Below the pieces are notes generated by a model. It made no database searches. It saw only the letters and a program-made list of their open reading frames with translations, and was not told the DNA's origin. From Chitinophagaceae bacterium (GTDB lineage Bacteria; Bacteroidota; Bacteroidia; Chitinophagales; Chitinophagaceae): DNA of 34,273 nucleotides. The translations under genes and the position numbers were made by a program. The stretch spans positions 1 to 34,273 of the forward strand of contig CANHSD010000001.1 of NCBI GenBank assembly GCA_947463105.1, read 5' to 3'. Of this stretch, positions 27,213-34,273 are shown in pieces; positions within the stretch are counted from its first letter, which is position 1, and every line of letters begins with the position of its first letter.

Positions 27213-27995
27213 TCAATAGTCAGAATAAGGCCTGGCGCGGAGAAACAGTGTTACATTCTTGCTCACTGTCTTTTCATATTCCTTTTTGGCAGAAAGCGTT
27301 TTCCATTGGGCATCGTCTTTGAATGACTGCCAATGGGCATCACGGTCTGCCTTGCTTTCAAAGCTGGTCATGTACATGAGGTTGGGCATGGTTGGTCCGC
27401 TGATGACCTCTGCATAAAAAACAGGGTTGAAATTCAACCTTGAAAAAATATCGATTTCGCCTCCTTCATTGAACATTTCCACTTTCTTCCAGTACTTCTT
27501 TTCAGAAGCACCTTCATAGCTCCTGAGTTCATAGACCTTGTCGGCAACATTACCCTTTAGTTTAGGCAACATCAGGCCCGGAGCAAGCCTGAAGCCTTCC
27601 AGGATATAGGAAACAATTCTGTTGTATGCAGGAGACTCGCTGGTGGCATCAAGATAGGCAGCACCTTTTTCAGCCACTTCCTTGTCCTTGAACATGGCCT
27701 TATTGATGGTCGGGATCTCACCAAGTTTCGTATAGGGAACCAATACATAAAGCTTTTTGACAGCAGCGGTATCATTGGCAATACCCGTGAAAACGCCAAC
27801 ATGCTGAATGCCTTTTCTGTGCAAGTAAGGCAGATAGGCATCTGACAGAAACTGGTCAATCACGGCCTGTTGTTCAGCTGTCTTGAATTCATATACCTTC
27901 AACTCAAAGAAATTTTTTGCTTTGGATGTTGTTGAAGTTTGGGCATTTACCAACGCAGAAACACCAATAAGCAGAAACAAGAATATTTTTTTCAT
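27213..27995 (-). CDS. Exported NIPSNAP family protein (two domains)
   Basis: Signal peptide VNA|Q; FFELKVY and VYELRSY repeats; PNLMYMTSF...RDAHWQSF; start set to ATG 27995. Confidence 0.82.
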   Translation of the reverse strand: MKKIFLFLLIGVSALVNAQTSTTSKAKNFFELKVYEFKTAEQQAVIDQFLSDAYLPYLHRKGIQHVGVFTGIANDTAAVKKLYVLVPYTKLGEIPTINKAMFKDKEVAEKGAAYLDATSESPAYNRIVSYILEGFRLAPGLMLPKLKGNVADKVYELRSYEGASEKKYWKKVEMFNEGGEIDIFSRLNFNPVFYAEVISGPTMPNLMYMTSFESKADRDAHWQSFKDDAQWKTLSAKKEYEKTVSKNVTLFLRARPYSDY

Positions 27996-28012
27996 AATAA
28001 AATTGATATGAA

Positions 28013-28020
28013 CAAATATA
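28013..28020 (-). promoter_or_regulatory. -7 promoter box for the NIPSNAP gene (TATATTTG)
   Basis: Exact TAnnTTTG on the minus strand, 17 nt upstream of ATG 27995. Confidence 0.65.
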
Positions 28021-28029
28021 TCCAATTAA

Positions 28030-28037
28030 TAACTTTG
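28030..28037 (+). promoter_or_regulatory. -7 promoter box for the J-domain gene (TAACTTTG)
   Basis: Exact TAnnTTTG 5 nt upstream of ATG 28043. Confidence 0.65.
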
Positions 28038-28042
28038 TAGGA

Positions 28043-28690
28043 ATGCCAGTCAAAGATTATTATGCCACCTTGCGCATCCCACAAGGGGCTGATGCCTTAA
28101 GCATCAAAAAAGCATTCCGGACCCTGGCCATGGAATACCATCCAGACAAAAGAGGAGAAAATACAGAAAATGATCATTATTTCAGGGAGATCAAGGAAGC
28201 CTATGGCGTCTTATCCGACCCAAAATTGCGTGAAGAATACCACTATCAACGGTGGCTGGAAAAATCGATGGGGCATCAGTTGGATACCTTTGTTCAACCT
28301 GCTCAAATCCTTCAGCTTTTCATCAAAGCTGAGCAATATATTTCAACAACAGATGGTTTCAAAACGGACAAGATGATCCTTTTCAACCATGTATTCAAAC
28401 TCTTCAGCCATGCCAGGCTCGAGGCCATCCTCAGCGAAAACAGCCCCACCATGGAAGCCACCACTTTGCAAACGGCCTTACGCATGTCTTCCCACCTCAA
28501 CCTTGATGGATGTTTGTTCATGGCAGACCATTTCAAGAAAATGCTGAAAAATTATCCGCTTGAAGTGATCGCCTGGGAAAAATTGCTGAGAAAAAAGAAG
28601 CAGGAACAACGCATGGATCAGTTGAAAATACCGCTGGTATTGGTGTTGACCCTGCTGATCTGTTTTCTCATCTTCTTGTTGGGCAAATAA
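28043..28690 (+). CDS. DnaJ (J-domain) protein with C-terminal membrane anchor
   Basis: KDYYATL, IKKAFR, YHPDK, EIKEAYGVLSDP; hydrophobic C-terminal helix. Confidence 0.87.
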   Translation: MPVKDYYATLRIPQGADALSIKKAFRTLAMEYHPDKRGENTENDHYFREIKEAYGVLSDPKLREEYHYQRWLEKSMGHQLDTFVQPAQILQLFIKAEQYISTTDGFKTDKMILFNHVFKLFSHARLEAILSENSPTMEATTLQTALRMSSHLNLDGCLFMADHFKKMLKNYPLEVIAWEKLLRKKKQEQRMDQLKIPLVLVLTLLICFLIFLLGK

Positions 28691-28722
28691 TCTTCGGGGC
28701 ATTTATCCCCTGCCGATTGTTG

Positions 28723-28730
28723 TATCTTTG
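28723..28730 (+). promoter_or_regulatory. -7 promoter box for the ABC-F gene (TATCTTTG)
   Basis: Exact TAnnTTTG 4 nt upstream of ATG 28735. Confidence 0.65.
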
Positions 28731-28734
28731 CACG

Positions 28735-30618
28735 ATGCATTATGTAACAGTTGAGGGCCTTGGCAAATCATACGGAATCAAACCACTTTTTAGTAATATT
28801 TCCTTTCACATCAACGAAGGGGATAAAATAGCCCTGATTGCCAGGAACGGATCAGGCAAATCAACCCTTTTGAGGATTCTTTCCGGGACAGAAACGGCAG
28901 AGGAAGGAAAGGTATGGATCAACAAGGATGTCAACACGGTGCTGTTTGAGCAGGATCCTCAGTTCAGTGAAAGCTCCAGCATTCTTGACAATATATTTGC
29001 CCACAACCATCCTGTGATCAATGCCATCAAAAAATATGAGGCGGCAGAAGACTCCAATGATCCAGACAAGATTTCAGAAGCCCTGATTGCGATGGATGAC
29101 CATGATGCCTGGGATTTTGATTCAAAAGTCAAGCAGATCTTAAGCAAACTCAACATCCACCACCTCGACCAGAAAGTGGGAAGCCTGAGCGGCGGACAAA
29201 GAAAAAGGGTTGCCCTGGCCAGAACACTCATCGATATAGGCTTCAATAACAACCATTGCTTGCTGATCATGGATGAACCGACCAACCACCTGGATGTGGA
29301 AATGGTAGAGTGGCTGGAACATTACCTGGACAAAGAAAATATCACCCTGTTGCTGGTTACCCACGACAGGTATTTTCTTGACATGGTTTGCACTGAAATA
29401 TGGGAGCTGGACAACAGCAAAATCTATGTCTACAAAGGTGACTACCAGAACTATGTAGAGAAAAAAGCCGCCAGGATTGAGAGTGAAATGGCTACCATAG
29501 ACAAAGCCAAAAACACGTTCAGGAAAGAACTGGAGTGGATGCGCAAACAGCCCAGGGCAAGAACCACCAAATCCAAAAGCAGGCAGGATAATTTCTACGA
29601 AATCGAAAAAGTTGCCAAGCGAAAAATAGAAGACAAGCAACTCGATCTTCAGATGAAGATGAGCAGGCTCGGAGGCAAGATTGCCGAGCTTAAAAAAGTA
29701 TACAAAAAATTCGGAGAGAAGATCATCCTGAATGGTCTGGACTATACCTTCAAAAAAGGCGAAAGGGTTGGTATCATTGGAAGAAATGGTGCTGGCAAAA
29801 CCACTTTTATTAACATGTTGCAGGGTCTGGAAGAACCAGATAGTGGCAAGATCAATATTGGTGACACCATTGTCTTTGGAAACTTTTCACAAAAAGGGCT
29901 TGAGATCAAGCAAGATTCAAGGGTCATTGAATTTGTAAAAAACATTGCAGAGAATTTCCCCCTTGCCAATGGTGGATCATTGAGTGCAGCCCAATTCCTG
30001 GAACTGTTTCTTTTTACCCCTGATCAGCAATATGGCTATGTAAGCAAGTTGAGCGGTGGAGAAAAAAGAAGGCTTCACCTGCTGAGTATTCTTTTCAAGA
30101 ACCCGAACTTCCTCATATTGGATGAGCCCACCAATGACCTTGATCTTCCAACACTGTCTGTACTGGAGAACTTCTTGCTCGATTTCCCTGGATGCCTGAT
30201 CATCATCAGCCATGACCGATATTTCATGGACCGGATCGTTGACCATCTCTTTGTTTTTGAAGGGGAAGGTGTGATCAGGGATTTCCCTGGCAACTATGGA
30301 GAGTACCGTTTGGAGGTGGCTGAAAAGTCTGCTGACCCTGAAAAAGTGAAGGCACAGATCATTGTCAACCGTGAACCTGAAAAAGAAATCAAGCCCGAAA
30401 AAAGGAAACCCAGCTTCAATGAAAAAAGGGAGTTTGAACTGCTTGAAAAAGAAATCAAGCAACTGACTGAAGAGAAGGCCAGCATCACTGAAAAATTGCA
30501 AGATGCTTCCCTGGCCTATGCAGCAATAGAAAAGCTATCCAACAGATTCAGCGAAATAACTACCCTGATGGATGATAAAGAATTGCGTTGGTTGGAGTTG
30601 AGTGAAGTAATGAGTTGA
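28735..30618 (+). CDS. ABC-F family ATP-binding protein (Uup/YfmR-like)
   Basis: Two ABC domains (RNGSGKST/LSGGQ/DEPTNH; GRNGAGKT/LSGGE/DEPTND), linker ELEWMRKQPRARTTKSKSR, C-terminal coiled coil ending RWLEL; no TM segments. Confidence 0.92.
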   Translation: MHYVTVEGLGKSYGIKPLFSNISFHINEGDKIALIARNGSGKSTLLRILSGTETAEEGKVWINKDVNTVLFEQDPQFSESSSILDNIFAHNHPVINAIKKYEAAEDSNDPDKISEALIAMDDHDAWDFDSKVKQILSKLNIHHLDQKVGSLSGGQRKRVALARTLIDIGFNNNHCLLIMDEPTNHLDVEMVEWLEHYLDKENITLLLVTHDRYFLDMVCTEIWELDNSKIYVYKGDYQNYVEKKAARIESEMATIDKAKNTFRKELEWMRKQPRARTTKSKSRQDNFYEIEKVAKRKIEDKQLDLQMKMSRLGGKIAELKKVYKKFGEKIILNGLDYTFKKGERVGIIGRNGAGKTTFINMLQGLEEPDSGKINIGDTIVFGNFSQKGLEIKQDSRVIEFVKNIAENFPLANGGSLSAAQFLELFLFTPDQQYGYVSKLSGGEKRRLHLLSILFKNPNFLILDEPTNDLDLPTLSVLENFLLDFPGCLIIISHDRYFMDRIVDHLFVFEGEGVIRDFPGNYGEYRLEVAEKSADPEKVKAQIIVNREPEKEIKPEKRKPSFNEKREFELLEKEIKQLTEEKASITEKLQDASLAYAAIEKLSNRFSEITTLMDDKELRWLELSEVMS

Positions 30619-30721
30619 GGAGGTTGAGCCTGCCAACCAGAGGTTGGTAAACCTGCCGAAGGCAGGAGAAGTTGAATGGGTTGAAGCAGTTGAAGTAAAG
30701 TGTTCTTCAACCTCTTCAACT
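30613..30721. repeat. Composite intergenic repeat, copy 2
   Basis: Five RGTTGA-type 9-mers, palindromes CCAACC-AGA-GGTTGG and CCTGCC-GAA-GGCAGG, two inverted TCTTCAACY units; probably also a bidirectional terminator. Confidence 0.8.
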
Positions 30722-31678
30722 TTTATAAGCGGCCCTTTCCAACCTATCATTGATGGCCCTGCCGATGCCGGTATCGGGAAAACGCTGCGCAATAATTACA
30801 TCAAGATCAGATTGATCCAACAAGCGCATGGCCCTGAAAAGCCCTGCAGCAGCCTCTCCCAGGCTTCCTGATGGTGAAAGCAAAATTTCTTTTTCAACCA
30901 CCAATCCGGCTGATTGATTAAACATCAGCAAGCCAATTTTCTTTCCCGGAAATGCATTGATCAATTGCTGGACATTTCCTATCAACAATGGCTTTGTTGT
31001 AGCATAATGGCTTTTCAATTGCCCTGGCGCAGTGGGTGAAGCATGTGCCAGGGATGTTTTCACTTCAGCTCCGGTGATGGTGCTGATCTGTTCTGCCGTG
31101 ATGCCCCCCAAGCGGTGTATGACCACTTCATCCTCCTCAAATCCTACAATGGTAGATTCCAACCCTATGGTACAACTGCCGCCATCAAGGATATACCGAA
31201 TTTTTCCCTGCAGCCCTTCAAATACGTGCATGGCTGAAACAGGGCTTACATAGCCAGAAGGATTTGCACTGGGCGCCGCCAATGGAAAGTCCAACATTGT
31301 CAACAGCTCCAATGCCATGGGGTGAGCAGGAATCCTGATGGCCACCCTTGCACTTCCGGCTGTAACCATGTCAGGCACAAGTGTTGATTTGGGCAAAAGA
31401 TAGGTGATGGGGCCTGGGGATAAAGATTGCATCAGGCGTTTACATGCATCTGGCATTTCCGTCACCAACCTTTCTGCCTGCGCAAGATTGGCCACATGAA
31501 GAATCAGGGGATTGAACTGAGGACGATTCTTGGCCTCGTATATCTTGGCAATGGCAACTTCATTAAAACCATTGGCGGCAAGTCCATAAACGGTTTCCGT
31601 GGGAATGGACACCAATTCCCCTCTTTCGAGAAGTGCTTTTGCCTGATCAAGTTCTTTTCCTATGGTTGTTTGGTACAT
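30716..31678 (-). CDS. tsaC: L-threonylcarbamoyladenylate synthase (Sua5-type, with C-terminal Sua5 domain)
   Basis: IPTETVYGLAA, KNRPQFNPLILH, AAPSANPSG, GLESTIV, APGQLKSHYA, AINDRLERAA. Confidence 0.95.
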   Translation of the reverse strand: MYQTTIGKELDQAKALLERGELVSIPTETVYGLAANGFNEVAIAKIYEAKNRPQFNPLILHVANLAQAERLVTEMPDACKRLMQSLSPGPITYLLPKSTLVPDMVTAGSARVAIRIPAHPMALELLTMLDFPLAAPSANPSGYVSPVSAMHVFEGLQGKIRYILDGGSCTIGLESTIVGFEEDEVVIHRLGGITAEQISTITGAEVKTSLAHASPTAPGQLKSHYATTKPLLIGNVQQLINAFPGKKIGLLMFNQSAGLVVEKEILLSPSGSLGEAAAGLFRAMRLLDQSDLDVIIAQRFPDTGIGRAINDRLERAAYKS

Positions 31679-31703
31679 AAAAAAATCCCGGCCGAAGCCG
31701 GGA
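31679..31703 (-). terminator. Intrinsic terminator of clpC
   Basis: TCCCGGC-TTCG-GCCGGGA followed by T7 on the minus strand; C(UUCG)G tetraloop; 24 nt after the clpC stop. Confidence 0.85.
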
Positions 31704-31711
31704 CAAAGTTA
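31704..31711 (-). promoter_or_regulatory. -7 promoter box for tsaC abutting the terminator stem (TAACTTTG)
   Basis: Exact TAnnTTTG immediately 5' of the hairpin. Confidence 0.6.
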
Positions 31712-31727
31712 ATGCGTATTCAATTCA

Positions 31728-34265
31728 TCAGGCTTTTGATTTCTCTTTCTTGCCTGGAAGCAAAGGCTTGATGGTAAAGAAAATTTTCTGGTTTTCTTTG
31801 TCAAGATCTGCGACCATAACATCTCCAGCTTTAATGCTCATGCTGAGAATCTCTTCTGCCAGTGGATCTTCCAGGTATTTCTGGATGGCCCTGTGCAAAG
31901 GCCTTGCACCAAATTGTTGATCATATCCCTTGTCTGCAATGAACTCTTTGGCCTCAGGACTGAGCTCCATAGAGAATCCCAGGTTGGCAAGGCGCTTCAT
32001 TACACTTTTCATGAGGATGTCAATAATTTCGAAGATATGCGTCTTCTCAAGAGAATTGAAAATGATGACGTCATCTACCCTGTTCAGGAACTCTGGAGAG
32101 AAGGTACGCTTCAATGCCTTTTCGATGACAGCCTTGTTGGCCTCTTCAGCATTGGCCTGACGGGCACTGGTGGCAAAACCAACGCCTTCACCAAAATCCT
32201 TGAGCTGGCGGACACCAATATTGGAAGTCATGATGATGAGGGTATTCTTGAAATCCACTTTTCTTCCCAGACCATCTGTCAATTGACCATCATCCAATAC
32301 CTGTAACAAAATATTGTAAATATCTGGATGGGCTTTTTCAATTTCATCCAGCAAAATCACTGAGTATGGCTTCCTTCTTACTCTTTCTGTTAGTTGTCCG
32401 CCTTCTTCGTATCCCACATAACCGGGAGGTGCACCAATCAAACGGCTAACGGTAAACTTCTCCATGTATTCACTCATGTCAATCCTGATCAGGGAATCTT
32501 CGGAGTCAAACATTTGCCTCGAAAGTGCACGGGCAAGCTCGGTTTTACCCACACCCGTTGGTCCGAGGAAAATGAAGGTTCCGATGGGCTTCTTTGGATC
32601 TTTTAAACCAACACGGTTTCGTTGAATGGCTTTCACCACTTTGCTGATGGCATCATCCTGTCCAACAACCATGCCCTTCATTTCGATGGACATATTCCTC
32701 AGCTTGTCCGTTTCAGCCTGTACCATCCGCTTAACAGGGATTCCTGTCATCATGCTCACCACTTCTGCAATATCATCTTCACTGATGGGGAATCGTTTGT
32801 GTTTGGATTCTTCTTCCCATTTGTTCTTGGCGGCTTCAAGCTCTTCCTGCAAACGCTTTTCAGTATCACGCAAACTGGCGGCTTCTTCAAAGCGCTGGCT
32901 TTTTACAACCCGGTTTTTTTCAAGCTTGATGTCTTCAATCTTTTTTTCAAGTTCTATGATGTCTTCAGGAACATTGATATTTTTAAGATGAACCCTTGCC
33001 CCCACTTCATCCAATACATCGATGGCTTTGTCGGGCAGCAGCCTATCTGTCATGTAACGATCACTCAACTTCACACAAGCATCAAGCGCATCCTGGGAAT
33101 AATCGACATTGTGGAACTCCTCATACCTTGATTTGATGTTGTTGAGGATTTGAATGGTTTCCTCTACGGAAGGTGGCTCAACCAATACTTTCTGAAAACG
33201 CCTGTCCAGAGCACCATCCTTTTCAATGTGCATCCGGTATTCATCCAAAGTGGATGCACCAATGCATTGAAGCTCTCCGCGAGACAGAGCAGGCTTGAAA
33301 ATATTGGAAGCATCCAATGATCCACTGGCTCCACCAGCACCAACAATGGTATGAATCTCATCGATGAATAGGATGACATCGCGGTTCTTTTCCAACTCCG
33401 TCATGATGGCCTTCATCCTTTCCTCAAACTGACCCCTGTATTTTGTTCCAGCAACAAGGGCAGCCAGATCAAGGGATACAACCCTTTTATCAAACAAAAC
33501 CCTTGATACCTTGCGCTGCACTATTCTCAATGCCAGACCTTCAACTATGGCCGTCTTGCCCACACCTGGCTCACCGATAAGAATAGGATTGTTCTTTTTC
33601 CTTCTCGACAGAATCTGTGAAACCCGCTCAATTTCAGCCTCGCGGCCTACAATTGGATCGAGAGACCCTGATTCTGCCAGTTTGGTGATATCCCTTCCAA
33701 AATTATCCAGTACCGGCGTTTTGCTTTTACCTCCTGCTGGTGGGGCTTTTGCTTTTTGCTGGCTCCCTTTTCTCTCTTCATCAAATTCCTCTTCTGGCTC
33801 GTCAGAGAATTCGCTTTTGATGTCATTGCTTTTTACCGTTCCCAGCTCATTGCGAAACAGGTCGTAATCCACATCAAACTGATTGAGGATCTGGGTGGCA
33901 ATGTTTTCCTTGTTCTTTAAGATGGACAGCAACAGGTGCTCAGTTTCCACCATGGGGCTTTTCAAGGCTTTTGCTTCAAGCACCGTAACCCGGATGACTT
34001 TTTCAGCCTGACGGGTAAGGGGTAAGCTATTGATGTTCTGGATATTCTTTCCTGTCTTGTCTTTCACGGCCATCTCCACCTCTTTGCGCAATTCATAGAG
34101 GTCTACATTCAGGTTCTGAAGCACCTTCAGGGCAGTGTTCTCGCCTTCACGGATAACACCCAAGAGCAGGTGTTCTGTACCTATAAAATCATTTCCCAAG
34201 CGCAGGGCTTCTTCCCTGCTGTAGGAGATGATTTCTTTAACCTGTGCTGAAAAATTATTATCCAT
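31728..34265 (-). CDS. clpC: ATP-dependent Clp protease ATP-binding subunit ClpC
   Basis: Clp-N repeats (GTEHLLL, ETEHLLL), AAA1 GEPGVGKT, UVR-type middle FEEAASLRD, AAA2 GPTGVGKT, GVGF ClpP loop, FGARPL. Confidence 0.95.
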   Translation of the reverse strand: MDNNFSAQVKEIISYSREEALRLGNDFIGTEHLLLGVIREGENTALKVLQNLNVDLYELRKEVEMAVKDKTGKNIQNINSLPLTRQAEKVIRVTVLEAKALKSPMVETEHLLLSILKNKENIATQILNQFDVDYDLFRNELGTVKSNDIKSEFSDEPEEEFDEERKGSQQKAKAPPAGGKSKTPVLDNFGRDITKLAESGSLDPIVGREAEIERVSQILSRRKKNNPILIGEPGVGKTAIVEGLALRIVQRKVSRVLFDKRVVSLDLAALVAGTKYRGQFEERMKAIMTELEKNRDVILFIDEIHTIVGAGGASGSLDASNIFKPALSRGELQCIGASTLDEYRMHIEKDGALDRRFQKVLVEPPSVEETIQILNNIKSRYEEFHNVDYSQDALDACVKLSDRYMTDRLLPDKAIDVLDEVGARVHLKNINVPEDIIELEKKIEDIKLEKNRVVKSQRFEEAASLRDTEKRLQEELEAAKNKWEEESKHKRFPISEDDIAEVVSMMTGIPVKRMVQAETDKLRNMSIEMKGMVVGQDDAISKVVKAIQRNRVGLKDPKKPIGTFIFLGPTGVGKTELARALSRQMFDSEDSLIRIDMSEYMEKFTVSRLIGAPPGYVGYEEGGQLTERVRRKPYSVILLDEIEKAHPDIYNILLQVLDDGQLTDGLGRKVDFKNTLIIMTSNIGVRQLKDFGEGVGFATSARQANAEEANKAVIEKALKRTFSPEFLNRVDDVIIFNSLEKTHIFEIIDILMKSVMKRLANLGFSMELSPEAKEFIADKGYDQQFGARPLHRAIQKYLEDPLAEEILSMSIKAGDVMVADLDKENQKIFFTIKPLLPGKKEKSKA

Positions 34266-34273
34266 AGAAGGGT

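Noticed and set aside
28735-30618. Functional link between the ABC-F stall-rescue factor and the PP leader peptides
   Set aside because: Four unrelated genes intervene and it has its own promoter box; proximity alone is not evidence.

Overview
Gene-dense chromosomal window from a Bacteroidota bacterium, probably Chitinophagaceae-like (inferred from TAnnTTTG -7 promoter boxes, Gln-start mature secreted proteins, a CzcA-TolC fusion and the gene families present). It holds 28 CDS. Housekeeping genes are ahcY, pdxJ, PNP, ABC-F, sua5/tsaC and clpC. There is an orphan amide-ligase cluster (esterase / ATP-grasp / YbdK-GCS2 / class I GATase / circularly permuted ATP-grasp / cupin, 10279-15650) and a minus-strand heavy-metal cluster (15653-24125) with no transcription factor. 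The strongest candidate for an undescribed system is in the metal cluster. Each of its two sub-operons is headed by a 125-aa, GTG-start, apparently leaderless ORF with an N-terminal hydrophobic segment, a His- or Cys-rich middle and a C-terminal Pro-Pro motif, and each ORF's stop codon begins an RNA hairpin; one hairpin covers the czcA initiation region. This resembles metal-sensing ribosome-arrest leader peptides. Also seen: an internal signal peptide in the CzcA-TolC fusion, a metallothionein-like repeat tail on an exported HMA protein, two copies of a composite 9-mer/palindrome intergenic repeat about 22 kb apart, and a promoter box abutting the clpC terminator. No rRNA, tRNA, CRISPR array or transposase was recognised. 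All calls come from reading the sequence; no searches were run.
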